NCBI GenBank assembly: GCA_965249555.1
Contig: OZ252243.1
Coordinates: 1,152,001 to 1,216,000, forward strand
Source of the DNA: Nitrosopumilus sp.
GTDB taxonomy: Archaea; Thermoproteota; Nitrososphaeria; Nitrososphaerales; Nitrosopumilaceae
DNA length: 64,000 nucleotides
Direction: 5' to 3'
Shown piece by piece: positions 49,993-60,742 of this stretch. The notes beneath the pieces were generated by a model. That model made no database searches. It saw only the letters and a list, made by a program, of their open reading frames with translations, and was not told the origin of the DNA. The position numbers and the translations under genes are program-made. The first letter of the stretch is position 1. Each line of letters begins with the position of its first letter.

Positions 49993-51263
49993 TAAAAATA
50001 ATCAAAGTAACTAATGTTGAAAAATTTGCAGCAAAAATTCTCCCAAAACAGCCTCAAAAAAACAAAAACATAGTTGAATCAATTCTCAAAAATGTCAAAA
50101 AAAATGGTGATGAGGCAATTCGAAAATATGAAAAAAAATTCAGTGGTGCAAATATCTCTTCATTACGTTTATCTCAAACAGAAATAAAAAATGCATACTC
50201 TAAAGTTTCTAAAACTGAAATTGCTGCATTACGTTTAGCGAAAGCTAGACTTGAAAAAACAGAATCCATAATTAAATCCCTTTTAAAAAATAAGACCATT
50301 AACAGTAACGGAATTAAAATTTCCAAAAAATTTGTTCCAATTGAAAGTGTTGGATGTTACATACCAGGTGGATTGGCAAGATATCCAAGCTCTGCAATAA
50401 TGTCTGTAGTTCCAGCTAAAGTTGCAGGTGTTAAAAGAATTGTGGTTGTGTCCCCTCCAAATTCAAATGGAACAATTTATCCATTAACAATTGTTGCTGC
50501 AAATATCTGTGGTGCTAATGAAATTTACAAAACAGGTGGTGCACAGTCAATTGCGGCGTTATCATATGGCACTAAAACCATTACCAAAGTTGACAAAATT
50601 GTTGGCCCTGGAGGTACATTTGTTACTACTGCAAAATCTTTGATAAGTGATCAGACTGGAATTGATATGCTTGCAGGTCCTACTGAATTAGGAATTGTTG
50701 CAGATAATTCAGCCAACCCAAAATTTGTTGCGTTAGATCTTGTTTCTCAAGCAGAGCACAGCAGTGACACTTTCTGTTATTTGATTACAACTTCTGTAAA
50801 ACTTGCAAAATCTGTTAACAGTATTATCTCTGCATTAATACCTAAAATTCAAAGAAACAATTTAGTAAAGTCTAGTCTAAAAAATAATGGATTTATTGCA
50901 ATTTGTAAAACTAAATCTGACATGATAAAACTTGCAAATATCTTGGCACCTGAACACCTGCAAATAATGACAAAAAATCCTGAATCTCTCTCCTCAAAAA
51001 TTACTACCCCCGGATTGATTTTGCTTGGAAACTATACCCCATCATCTGCTAGTGATTATGTTTTAGGCTCAAATCACATTCTTCCTACTAGCGGATTTGG
51101 AAAAATTCGAGGCTCACTTTCAATTTTGGACTTTATCAAGGTAAATACACAAGTTATTTCATCCAAATCTTCATTGTCCAAAATTTCAAAATACCTTGAC
51201 GTTTTAACAAAAGCTGAAGGGCTTCCTAACCACTATGAAGCAGTTAGAGGTAGATTAAAATGA
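49989..51263 (+). CDS. hisD: Histidinol dehydrogenase
   Basis: GCYIPGG, DMLAGPTE, SQAEH, APEHL and GSNHILPT motifs. Confidence 0.96.
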   Translation: MIKIIKVTNVEKFAAKILPKQPQKNKNIVESILKNVKKNGDEAIRKYEKKFSGANISSLRLSQTEIKNAYSKVSKTEIAALRLAKARLEKTESIIKSLLKNKTINSNGIKISKKFVPIESVGCYIPGGLARYPSSAIMSVVPAKVAGVKRIVVVSPPNSNGTIYPLTIVAANICGANEIYKTGGAQSIAALSYGTKTITKVDKIVGPGGTFVTTAKSLISDQTGIDMLAGPTELGIVADNSANPKFVALDLVSQAEHSSDTFCYLITTSVKLAKSVNSIISALIPKIQRNNLVKSSLKNNGFIAICKTKSDMIKLANILAPEHLQIMTKNPESLSSKITTPGLILLGNYTPSSASDYVLGSNHILPTSGFGKIRGSLSILDFIKVNTQVISSKSSLSKISKYLDVLTKAEGLPNHYEAVRGRLK

Positions 51264-52330
51264 AAAAAAATTGGTTTGAAGAACAAACAAAGAAACTCTC
51301 TTCCATTGGAGGCTATCAGAAACCTGAGCTTAATCAGAATGCACTAAAGCTTGATTCCAATGAAAACTATGTAATCTCAAAACAATTTCAAAATGACATT
51401 ATATCCTCGGCAAGAAAAAATTCTGACGTAAGAGAATACCCACTTGGTAGTGTAGAACATTTAATCCAGAGAATATCTAAATTTGTTAAAATGCCTTCAT
51501 CAATGATTGGTGTTGGTAATGGCTCTGATCAAATTTTGGATTTAATACTATCTAATTTTGCATCAAAACAAACCAAAGTTCTTACCTCTAATCCCACTTT
51601 TGGTTTTTTTGAAGAACGATGTAAATTATATTCGATTCCTTTGGTTGCAATCCCATTTTCAAATAATATGAAACTAGATATCAAAGATTTCGTCAAACAA
51701 TCTAAAAATGCAGATATATTGTATCTTGATTCTCCAAACAATCCTACAGGATTTCAATTTTCAAAAAATGAATTACAAAAACTCATCAAATCTTTTGGTG
51801 GCCTTGTGATAATTGATGAGGCTTATGGTGAATTTGGTGACTATTCTTTATCAAGTATGGTAAAAACTCAAAAAAATCTAATTATTGTGCAAACTCTTTC
51901 AAAATCATTTGGCTTGGCTGGACTTAGACTAGGATATTTTATTGCAAATAAAAAATTCACTAGTACCTTTATGAACATCCTTCAGTATCCATACCCTCTA
52001 AGCACCATTACTATTGAATCGGGAATTTTAGCTTTGGACAAATCAAATCTTATGAAAGATGCAGTGACTAACATCAAAATTGAAAGAAAGAGAATTGTTG
52101 AGACTTTGCAGAAATATGATGCCTTTGAAGTCTTTGATTCCAAGGCTAATTTTGTGCTATTTGATGCCAAGGGAATCCACAAACGAGTTTATTCAGCACT
52201 TGCTGAGCAAGGGATTTCAATCCGAAAATTAGGAAAAATAGGAGATCATGAAGGATGTCTTAGAGTGACAATTGGAACGAAAGAAATGAATTCAAAATTT
52301 TTACTAGCTATTCGAGATCTATTGGGATGA
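51260..52330 (+). CDS. hisC: Histidinol-phosphate aminotransferase
   Basis: LDSNEN, GNGSD, SPNNPTG, DEAY and TLSKSFGLAGLRLG motifs. Confidence 0.93.
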   Translation: MKKNWFEEQTKKLSSIGGYQKPELNQNALKLDSNENYVISKQFQNDIISSARKNSDVREYPLGSVEHLIQRISKFVKMPSSMIGVGNGSDQILDLILSNFASKQTKVLTSNPTFGFFEERCKLYSIPLVAIPFSNNMKLDIKDFVKQSKNADILYLDSPNNPTGFQFSKNELQKLIKSFGGLVIIDEAYGEFGDYSLSSMVKTQKNLIIVQTLSKSFGLAGLRLGYFIANKKFTSTFMNILQYPYPLSTITIESGILALDKSNLMKDAVTNIKIERKRIVETLQKYDAFEVFDSKANFVLFDAKGIHKRVYSALAEQGISIRKLGKIGDHEGCLRVTIGTKEMNSKFLLAIRDLLG

Positions 52331-53301
52331 CTTTAACCAAAAAATCTGAAGGAATCTATATTGATGATTCTGGTATTGATGTTCTAAATAAAATTGATAC
52401 AATAATTTTTGATTGTGATGGTGTTTTAATTGACATTACAAAATCATATGATCAAGCAATAATTAAAACAACTCAATATGTGTTAGAAAATTTTGCAAAA
52501 ATCAATGATACAATAACTGTGGATTATAAAATAATTGATGGATTCAAATCAACAGGTGGATTCAATGACGAAGTTGATCTTACATATGCTGCAATAATCT
52601 CTCTAGTTGCTGCCAAAAAATTAGAAAAAGATCAAACAAGTTTTATCTTTGATGTGATAAAAAACTCTGATTCGAGTGGTATTTCCTCTGTGGAAAAATA
52701 TCTAGCAAATCAAGTTGATATTTCTGATATTAAAAAACAATTATCTTATCCTGGTATGCATCATGATAATTCCCTGTATCAGATATTTGATCAACTTTTT
52801 TATGGACCTGAATTATATCAAAAGTTATTTAACAACACTTCAAAATTTTCTGAATCAGGTTTAATTGAACAAGATGATGTAATTTTAAATAATTCATTAA
52901 TTGAAAGACTATCAAAAAAATTTGATTCAAAAATTGCAATAGTAACTGGAAGAGGAAAAGAATCTGCAAGTCATTCATTAAAGACATTATTGGAGAAATT
53001 TGACTTGAAAAATTCTACATTTCTTGAAGATGAATCAAGAGAACTTGCAAAACCTAACCCTCAATCACTTTTAGATGCAATTAAAGGAATGAATAGCGTC
53101 TCAACTCTGTTTGTTGGAGATTCTATGGAGGATTTTATCATGGCAAAAAAGGCCACTAACTTGGGAAGTAAAACTACTTTTTGCGGAATTATTGGCACAA
53201 GTAAGAATCCTCAAGAAAAACTTGAATTATTTCAGCGTAATGACGCTATTCTAGTATTAAATTCTATCAATCAACTTCCAAAGGTATTAAATTTAGAATA
53301 A
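52327..53301 (+). CDS. HAD hydrolase (likely histidinol-phosphate phosphatase)
   Basis: FDCDGVL, TGR, KPNP and VGDS motifs; lies between hisC and hisB. Confidence 0.8.
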   Translation: MTLTKKSEGIYIDDSGIDVLNKIDTIIFDCDGVLIDITKSYDQAIIKTTQYVLENFAKINDTITVDYKIIDGFKSTGGFNDEVDLTYAAIISLVAAKKLEKDQTSFIFDVIKNSDSSGISSVEKYLANQVDISDIKKQLSYPGMHHDNSLYQIFDQLFYGPELYQKLFNNTSKFSESGLIEQDDVILNNSLIERLSKKFDSKIAIVTGRGKESASHSLKTLLEKFDLKNSTFLEDESRELAKPNPQSLLDAIKGMNSVSTLFVGDSMEDFIMAKKATNLGSKTTFCGIIGTSKNPQEKLELFQRNDAILVLNSINQLPKVLNLE

Positions 53302-53318
53302 AGCATATTCCATAACCT

Positions 53319-53915
53319 GTGATAAATATGAAACCACGAAAGGCATCAATCAAGCGAAGTACCAAAGAAACTAGCATTCAAGTATCTGTCAACATGGATG
53401 GATCTGGAAAAACAAGCATCAAAACTGGCATCAATTTTCTTGATCACTTGATTGTATCTTTTGGTAAACATGGTATGATGGATCTAAAAGTTGATGCAAA
53501 ATCAAATGATGGAATTGAACACCATCTTATTGAAGATACTGCAATTACCATAGGACAAGCAATAGATAAAGCATTAAGCTCTAGAAATGGAATTACCCGA
53601 TTTAGCTATGCATCTGTTCCAATGGATGAGTCTCTTGCTGAAGCTTCAATTGACTTGGTGAAACGTCCATTTTGGAAGTTAACTTTATCAATTAAACAAA
53701 GTAAAATTGAAGACATCTCCAAAGAAGATCTTGAACACTTTTTCCAATCGCTACTACAAAATCTGAATTGTTGTGTACACCTTACTGTAAAGTATGGAGA
53801 CAATGATCACCACAAAGTAGAATCTGCAATAAAGTCACTTGCTGTTGCATTTAGAAATGCATCTATGATAGATAAAAAACAAAAAGGAATTCCAAGTACA
53901 AAAGGTTCAATGTAA
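53319..53915 (+). CDS. hisB: Imidazoleglycerol-phosphate dehydratase
   Basis: RSTKET, HHLIED, PMDES, NDHHKVE and PSTKG motifs. Confidence 0.96.
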   Translation: MINMKPRKASIKRSTKETSIQVSVNMDGSGKTSIKTGINFLDHLIVSFGKHGMMDLKVDAKSNDGIEHHLIEDTAITIGQAIDKALSSRNGITRFSYASVPMDESLAEASIDLVKRPFWKLTLSIKQSKIEDISKEDLEHFFQSLLQNLNCCVHLTVKYGDNDHHKVESAIKSLAVAFRNASMIDKKQKGIPSTKGSM

Positions 53916-54520
53916 TGGTTAGTGTTGCAATTTTTGATTATGGTGCTGGAAATATTTTCAGCCTCAAGAATTCTCTTGAAAAGGCAGGAGCTTCAGTTGA
54001 TGTAATAACTGATTTTGATGAACCTAATGAATATTCTGGTTTGTTGCTTCCTGGTGTAGGAAACTTTGATCCTGCCATCAAAAGCATAACCAAATACTCC
54101 AACACTGGATTTATGGATTTTGTTAATACTACTCCTGTTCTTGGAATCTGTCTTGGAATGGAGATGTTTTTTGACAAAAGTGAAGAGGGAAAAGAAAAAG
54201 GCTTGGGAATAATTGATGGTGACGTGATTGTTCTTCCATCCTCCATGAAAGTACCCCACATGGGATGGAATGATTTAGAAATAAAAAAACCAAGTAAACT
54301 TTTAGAAGGAGTTGAAAACGGTTCTTGGGTTTATTTTGTCCACTCGTACAGAGTTAAACCAAATTCTAATGACGTAATTACTGCAGAATCAGATTATGGT
54401 CTTAAGGTTCCAGCAGTAGTTGAGAAAGATAACTTTTTTGGAACTCAATTTCACCCAGAAAAATCCGGATCTGTGGGACAAATCATGATAAAGAATTTTC
54501 TTGATGTGTGTAAAAAATGA
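53915..54520 (+). CDS. hisH: Imidazole glycerol phosphate synthase glutaminase subunit
   Basis: DYGAGN, PGVG, GICLG and QFHPEKS motifs. Confidence 0.96.
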   Translation: MVSVAIFDYGAGNIFSLKNSLEKAGASVDVITDFDEPNEYSGLLLPGVGNFDPAIKSITKYSNTGFMDFVNTTPVLGICLGMEMFFDKSEEGKEKGLGIIDGDVIVLPSSMKVPHMGWNDLEIKKPSKLLEGVENGSWVYFVHSYRVKPNSNDVITAESDYGLKVPAVVEKDNFFGTQFHPEKSGSVGQIMIKNFLDVCKK

Positions 54521-55224
54521 AAATTATTCCTGCAATTGATCTAATGAATGGACAAGTGGTTCGACTTTACAAAGGTGATCCAAAACAGAAAACAGTGTAT
54601 AGTGATAACCCTGTTGAAACTGCAAAAAAATGGGAAGCAAACGGTGCTGATATGTTGCATATTGTGGATTTGGATGCAACTTTAGGAATAGGTACAAACA
54701 TTTCAATTATCAAAAAGATACTCGAAAAAGTATCTATCCCTGTTGAAGTTGCTGGAGGTCTACGAGATGAATCATTAATTTTAGATGTTGCTAAAATTTC
54801 AAATAGAGTAGTAATTGGAACTTTGGCCTTTAAAGACAAAGAACTTCTTAAAAAACTGCTTTTGTCCTTAGGATCTGAAAAAATTGTAATTTCAGTTGAT
54901 CATATTGATGGTGAAATAGTAATCAATGGCTGGCAAGATAGAACTGGAATTAAATTAATTGATGCTATCAAAGAATTTCTTGAGATGGGATTTACTGAAT
55001 TTTTACTGACAAATGTAAGTCGTGATGGTACTATGGACGGTCCTGACTTGGAATTTTTAGAGCAATCTTGTAACTTGGACAAAACTAATGTTATTGCTAG
55101 TGGTGGCATTTCAAATATTGTTGATATTAAAGATGTGAAAGAAAAGAATGCGTTTGGAGTAATTCTTGGAAAAGCACTATATGAGAACAAAATTTCAATT
55201 GAGGAAGCAAAAAAATTATCATGA
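54517..55224 (+). CDS. hisA: ProFAR isomerase
   Basis: IIPAIDL..VVRL, HIVDLD and ASGG motifs. Confidence 0.96.
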   Translation: MKIIPAIDLMNGQVVRLYKGDPKQKTVYSDNPVETAKKWEANGADMLHIVDLDATLGIGTNISIIKKILEKVSIPVEVAGGLRDESLILDVAKISNRVVIGTLAFKDKELLKKLLLSLGSEKIVISVDHIDGEIVINGWQDRTGIKLIDAIKEFLEMGFTEFLLTNVSRDGTMDGPDLEFLEQSCNLDKTNVIASGGISNIVDIKDVKEKNAFGVILGKALYENKISIEEAKKLS

Positions 55225-56024
55225 CTTTAACTAAAAGAATTATCCCATGTCTGGATGTCAAAAATGGTAGAGTTGTTAAAGGATTACATTTTGAATCAAT
55301 TAAAGATGCAGGTGATCCTGTTGAACTGGCTAAAAAATACAGTAATGAAGGAGCCGATGAGCTTGTATTTTTAGATATTACTGCATCTGATGAACAAAGA
55401 GAAACAATCAAAGATTTAGTACGAAAAGTTGCATCAGTAATTGATATTCCATTCACTGTAGGTGGCGGTGTAAAATCAATAGACGATGCAAGAAATATTC
55501 TTCTTAATGGAGCTGACAAAGTTGGAATCAATACAGGAGCTATAAAAAACCCAAAAGTGATCACTGAGTTGATGGAATTATTTGGACGTCAATGTATTGT
55601 AGTTGCAATTGATGCCAAAAGAAACTATGACATTAAAGACGATGTGACTATTTTTTCAGAAAACAACAAAAAATTTTGGTTTGAAATTTTCATTTATGGT
55701 GGCAAACAAGAAACTGGAATTGATGTTATTGAATGGGCAAAAAAAGCAGAACGTCTTGGGGCTGGAGAAATTCTTCTAACCAGTATTGATAAAGATGGTA
55801 CTAAAGATGGATATGATATTTTACTCACAAAGTCAATTGTTGACTCTGTATCTATTCCTGTAATTGCTTCTGGTGGTTGTGGAAAACCAAGTGATATGGT
55901 TGATGTGTTTAAAGAATCTAATGTTGATGCTGCTTTGGCTGCTTCAATTTTTCACTATGAAACTCATGGTGTAAAAGGAGTCAAAACATACCTTAAAGAA
56001 AAAGAAATTCCTGTAAGGTTATAA
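55221..56024 (+). CDS. hisF: Imidazole glycerol phosphate synthase cyclase subunit
   Basis: RIIPCLDV and [13 protein letters not shown] motifs. Confidence 0.97.
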   Translation: MTLTKRIIPCLDVKNGRVVKGLHFESIKDAGDPVELAKKYSNEGADELVFLDITASDEQRETIKDLVRKVASVIDIPFTVGGGVKSIDDARNILLNGADKVGINTGAIKNPKVITELMELFGRQCIVVAIDAKRNYDIKDDVTIFSENNKKFWFEIFIYGGKQETGIDVIEWAKKAERLGAGEILLTSIDKDGTKDGYDILLTKSIVDSVSIPVIASGGCGKPSDMVDVFKESNVDAALAASIFHYETHGVKGVKTYLKEKEIPVRL

Positions 56025-56046
56025 GACCTGTTTTTAATTTTAAAAT

Positions 56047-56376
56047 ATGCAAAAAACAATTGATGATATAGATTTTGAGAAAAGTGGCGGCCTAGTTCCA
56101 GTGATAGTTCAAGATGCAAACACAAAGGATGTTCTAACTCTAGCTTATACAAACAAAGAATCTTTAGAGCTTGCAAAAAAAACTGGGAACTCTTGGTTTT
56201 GGAGTCGTTCAAGAAACAAGCTTTGGATGAAAGGTGAAGAGTCAGGAAACACTCAAAAAATTAAAGAAATTTTAGTTGACTGTGATTCTGATGCAATTAT
56301 TTATCTTGTTGAACCGTCTGGACCTGCTTGTCATCTAGGTGAGAATGTTTGCTTTCATAACAATTTAGAAAAATAA
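56047..56376 (+). CDS. hisI: Phosphoribosyl-AMP cyclohydrolase
   Basis: SRSR.KLW.KGEESG, DCDSD and GPACH motifs. Confidence 0.96.
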   Translation: MQKTIDDIDFEKSGGLVPVIVQDANTKDVLTLAYTNKESLELAKKTGNSWFWSRSRNKLWMKGEESGNTQKIKEILVDCDSDAIIYLVEPSGPACHLGENVCFHNNLEK

Positions 56377-56377
56377 G

Positions 56378-56956
56378 TTAACATACGGGTTCAAACTTGT
56401 CTTCAGTTCCTGGAAGAAAGTCTTTAGTTATTTTAAATTCTAAATTTGGATAATCTGTTCCTCTAAATACAACTTTCCAATCTCCAACTAAATCACCTAC
56501 AGTACAAAGTCCTTTAACTCTTGAAAGTGATGGTGGAAAATAATAATTGAATGATGATTTAATGCTGCCATCAAACGGGATAGTAAGATAAACTGAATAA
56601 TGTGTACTATTTAATGGTCTAAGAAAAGCAATCTGTCCTTTTTCTTCAGGACCTAATGCTCCAATTCTTACAAAAACTTTTTCTCCTAAAATGTATTCAC
56701 TACGATCAATTTGGAATGGTCCTGAAGTTATCCATTCGGCTGGTTTTGGTGAATATTTATTTTCTAAATTTGCTTTTTCAATCTCATCCAACTTTTTTTG
56801 AATTTCTGATGTAATCTCCTCACTTGGTGTTAATTTCCCATCTAGAGCATTTTCTACTTCCATTTTATTATCTTCTTGATTACTTGTTGCAATTATCCCT
56901 ACAATTACAATTATTATTCCAACTACAATTGGAATTGCAACTTTACTATTTCTCAC
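56378..56956 (-). CDS. Membrane-anchored hypothetical protein
   Basis: N-terminal TM; SGPFQIDR.EY..GEKVF Ig-like domain common in Nitrosopumilus. Confidence 0.75.
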   Translation of the reverse strand: MRNSKVAIPIVVGIIIVIVGIIATSNQEDNKMEVENALDGKLTPSEEITSEIQKKLDEIEKANLENKYSPKPAEWITSGPFQIDRSEYILGEKVFVRIGALGPEEKGQIAFLRPLNSTHYSVYLTIPFDGSIKSSFNYYFPPSLSRVKGLCTVGDLVGDWKVVFRGTDYPNLEFKITKDFLPGTEDKFEPVC

Positions 56957-57161
56957 AACAATATTTTTTCAAAAATCACTAAAAACCTTACTGATGAATA
57001 TAGAAATATCTGACAAATGGGCACAACAATAAATCTGAACGAAGTCATACTATCCTATTAATGAATAATAGTAAACAGCGATCATCTTTTATGGATCATG
57101 CGATCTATACTATGATCCAGATGAACTATAGTCCTGAGATTCATATAGGTGTGGATTCCCT

Positions 57162-57356
57162 GTGAGTGTGAAGAAAATGAGTACCACTAAAAGTCTATTA
57201 CCATCAAACGCAACTTACATGATTTCTCCATTATCTAAAGGATATATGGCAAAATGTGAAATAAGACCCGAAATTTCTGTTTATGGTGATACTAGAACTG
57301 AAGCACTTGAAAAAATCGAGTCGGCTATTACAGAATATGAAAAGATATTCAAATAG
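57162..57356 (+). CDS. HicB-like antitoxin (short)
   Basis: GYMAKC..PEISVYGDTRTEALEKIESAI. Confidence 0.7.
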   Translation: MSVKKMSTTKSLLPSNATYMISPLSKGYMAKCEIRPEISVYGDTRTEALEKIESAITEYEKIFK

Positions 57357-57395
57357 TGCAAAATAATATACCTTACAATACTTGATTCTATAACC

Positions 57396-57738
57396 TTGAC
57401 ACAATATGTTCGTGATAGAATACTTTTGGTTCTAGAACATGTAGGGATATACTGTGTTAAGCGGCAACACTGATGCTCCTGTATATTATTTACAACATAA
57501 ACACTCAGGCAATATATTGTTGCTAGACAAAGAACCTGATAAATTTCCTGCTGATTACGTGCAAAGTAAAATTAAAACAACAGGTATGAATTTTTCTGTA
57601 TTCCAATATCTTTATGAAGAATCTAAAGAAAAACATTACAAATTAATTTTAACACAAAGTGATAAAGATACTTTAATTAATTTATTAAAAGGAAGAGACA
57701 TTCCAGAAAAACATTCAAAAATAAAATTAATTATTTAA
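57396..57738 (+). pseudogene. HicA-like partner, frameshifted
   Basis: TTG 57396 MTQYVRDRILLVLEHVG joins the 57454 ORF frame if one base in GTAGGGATAT is removed; alpha-beta3-alpha pattern. Confidence 0.45.
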
Positions 57739-58209
57739 CACATCTAAAAATCTAATATAACTTTTACAATTCTTTAATTTTTTACAATCAAGCTTTCTTA
57801 CATATCTTGGTAAATTTCTCTTTTCATATCTTTCTTTATGTTTTAACACTTTAGCTGGTTTATCGTTATATTTTAAATCTAATACATGACAAATCCATTC
57901 TTCTATTTCATGATCAAACAAATGAATTTTTAATTTATTATGATATTCTTGTTTTATTTTTCTATACAACTCACCATTAACTTTGGTGACATCTTGCCCA
58001 TGTGCATCTAATATCAACAATACAAAATCATCATTGCTCTTAATGAAATTTCCAATTAATTTATTTAGTTTGGGTATATTTCTAGTACACGATATAAATT
58101 TACGAGGAGTTGGTATATTGTGTAATGCTCTCTCTTCTTTCTTTTTGATAAAAAACTCAGGCCAAAAATATTCACCATATGCATCTTCAACAAGACAGGA
58201 AAACGTCAT
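57727..58209 (-). CDS. DUF4276/TOPRIM-like partner of ABC ATPase
   Basis: LVED, LILDAH and HEIEEWI motifs; 4-nt overlap with the ATPase. Confidence 0.65.
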   Translation of the reverse strand: MTFSCLVEDAYGEYFWPEFFIKKKEERALHNIPTPRKFISCTRNIPKLNKLIGNFIKSNDDFVLLILDAHGQDVTKVNGELYRKIKQEYHNKLKIHLFDHEIEEWICHVLDLKYNDKPAKVLKHKERYEKRNLPRYVRKLDCKKLKNCKSYIRFLDVLNN

Positions 58210-59501
58210 AGATTTCCATCAAAATATGTGTCGCTAAAAGTCATATTGATATCAACTAATTGTTTTGTTAATTCTTCAATATTTTCAACATGCCTAAAAC
58301 TACTAGATGAACCAACACGTTCAGCAAGTATAATGTCACCAAGATCACATGCATTCATTACTTGTGGTGAATGTGTGGTCATAAACACAATAGTATCTTC
58401 ACAATTATTGCATTCATCTATAATATAGCGGATTATATCATAATGCAGTGAGTTTTCAATCTCATCAATTAGTAATATTTTGGGCTTGGTATGTAGTGCT
58501 GCTAAAATAAAAATTAGTTTCAATAATCCATCTGGAAGATTTTTTGGTACATATGTTCTCCCATCATGTGTTACAATTAATGTGATTATGCCTTCTTGAT
58601 TAAGATTAAAACCTAATTCCCATCCTGGAAATAATGTTTGTATTGCATTTTCAATAATACTTGGAAATCTATTATTGTTTTGTTTAAACCAATTATATAA
58701 CAAATTAATCAAACCATTGCCATCTTCTTCTAATAATTGATGACCATGAAGTGTTGAAGTACGTACATCACAAATAGATTTTACATAAACCCCGTTGAAA
58801 AAATTTAATGAATTCAAAATGTGACTAAATAATATCTCCGGGAAATTATTCTTAGATGGAATCATATCAGAAACTATTGCCATGTTATTATTTAACGAAC
58901 CATATGCAAAATCATTATCATGAGTAAATCCAGAACTATGTATAAAATTCAAAATTGATACTGAATCTCCAATTGTTGATTCTTGAAAGCTGTTATTTAA
59001 TAATGATTTAAGAAGTTTACTTTCTAGCCCATCTAAATTTGGTATCTGAGGTTTTTCTAATTTGTCTATTAATCTTTGAGGATACTGTATAATGAGTTTA
59101 TGATGTTGTCTATCCATGATAAATACATCTGGTACATTCAAACGTTCAAAAAGAAAATTTACTGATTCATTTATGCCATTTATTTTTGCATGATAGTGAA
59201 ATGAATATTTGTCAACTTTGCCAATAATTTCAAACTCTATAATTTGTTCAGGATCAAGTCTATGACTGATGTTTTGATATCCTCCCCATCTACTAAATGG
59301 ATATGATGGTGACATATTAGGCGAAATAATTTTTTGTAGTAACACAAAAAATTCAAGATAATTTGTTTTACCTGAACCATTAGGACCAATTAGTACATTT
59401 AATTTGTTTAATGATACGTCTGTCTCCCTTAGGCTTTTAAAACCATTAACTTTAACCTGTTCTATTTTTAGCATATTGAATTTAGAAAAATCATCAATCA
59501 T
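58206..59501 (-). CDS. AAA_21/ABC-family ATPase
   Basis: NGFKSL, GPNGSGKT, LPDG, LLIDEIENSLH and TTHS motifs. Confidence 0.9.
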   Translation of the reverse strand: MIDDFSKFNMLKIEQVKVNGFKSLRETDVSLNKLNVLIGPNGSGKTNYLEFFVLLQKIISPNMSPSYPFSRWGGYQNISHRLDPEQIIEFEIIGKVDKYSFHYHAKINGINESVNFLFERLNVPDVFIMDRQHHKLIIQYPQRLIDKLEKPQIPNLDGLESKLLKSLLNNSFQESTIGDSVSILNFIHSSGFTHDNDFAYGSLNNNMAIVSDMIPSKNNFPEILFSHILNSLNFFNGVYVKSICDVRTSTLHGHQLLEEDGNGLINLLYNWFKQNNNRFPSIIENAIQTLFPGWELGFNLNQEGIITLIVTHDGRTYVPKNLPDGLLKLIFILAALHTKPKILLIDEIENSLHYDIIRYIIDECNNCEDTIVFMTTHSPQVMNACDLGDIILAERVGSSSSFRHVENIEELTKQLVDINMTFSDTYFDGNL

Positions 59502-59617
59502 TTATATATAGATCGTTTGTTTGACTTTAAATTCAATCATGACTTGAATTTTTCTTTCAAGCTTGGCATATTATCATACAATTTTTTTGTAAATTCTACA
59601 AACTCTTTAGATTCTTG

Positions 59618-60648
59618 TATAGCGAAGAGTCAAAGTTCGTGAACTAAAAATCATCAAAACAAAACACTTTTTGATCACCACACACAATGAAACACATGAA
59701 CAAGTTAGAACAGCTTGAAGCAGCATACAAAGAGGGTAAGGAATTAGAGTACACCGCACAAACACCATACCGCTGTACAAACTGGGTACGCAAATGGGTT
59801 GATCGTTTTAAAGTAGATGGCCTCTACGATCACCCAAGGAGTGGAGGATCATGCGTAATCCCAAAGAAGCAAATGAATTCTATCATGCTCAAAATTATGT
59901 TGACACTATTTACACCTGTAATGCTGCAGCAGACAATATTTGATTCTACTGGAATAAAATTTCACATAACACATGTCAGAAGAATAATGCGCCGGTATGG
60001 AATGTCTGCTAAAACTGCACAAAAATATCACATCAATCATGCAAGTGCAACAGCCGTGCGCAGCTGGGCAGCAACGCATGAAAAAGAGAATTCCACGCCT
60101 AAAAAAGAGTGGATTCACCATTGCAATGCTTGATGAGGCATTCTTTGTTAGGGATGTAAAAGCAGGACGAAAATATTGGTCACCAGTTGCCAAAAGAATA
60201 TTTCTCCTATATGTGGGAAACCATGAAAGTTTGGCAGTGTATGGAACAGTTACAATCAATGGGGCCAACTGTTTAGAATTTATAAAAAATTCAACGGCAT
60301 AACATTTGTAGAATATCTAAAAGAGTTACACTACAAATATGGTAAAATTGCGTTGATACTTGACAGGGCATCAGTGCACAAATCAAAGAAGGTCAAGGAC
60401 TTTTTGACAGATAATCCAGATGTTAGACTGATTTGGCTACCAAAAGGATCACCATATCTAAACATGATAGAGCAGTGTTGGAAAATAGGCAAGCATGTGT
60501 TGTTGGTATCAGAATATTATGCAATGTTTACAATAATGAATAATGTAGTGTCACAATACTTTGGAACAGAAAAATTCAAACTTGATGTTGTTAATTATAT
60601 TTTTAGAAATCCTGCAAAGATGTTCACGAACTTTTGATCGTCGCTATA
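59618..60648 (+). mobile_element. IS630-family insertion sequence (frameshifted)
   Basis: IRs TATAGCGA..AAAGTTCGTGAAC / GTTCACGAACTTT..TCGCTATA with TA ends; LDEA, ILDRASVH and LPKGSPYLNMIEQCW motifs. Confidence 0.92.
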
Positions 60649-60742
60649 ACAATGCTTATTCGTTAAAAATTTATCAGCATATAGATATTCAGAACCCAGG
60701 GATATCACAATATCTAGTTGGTTTAAGCAAATGTTTTGATTA

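Noticed and set aside
1304-56212. Many 60-175 aa ORFs overlapping housekeeping genes
   Set aside because: Antisense or alternate-frame shadows of well-supported genes
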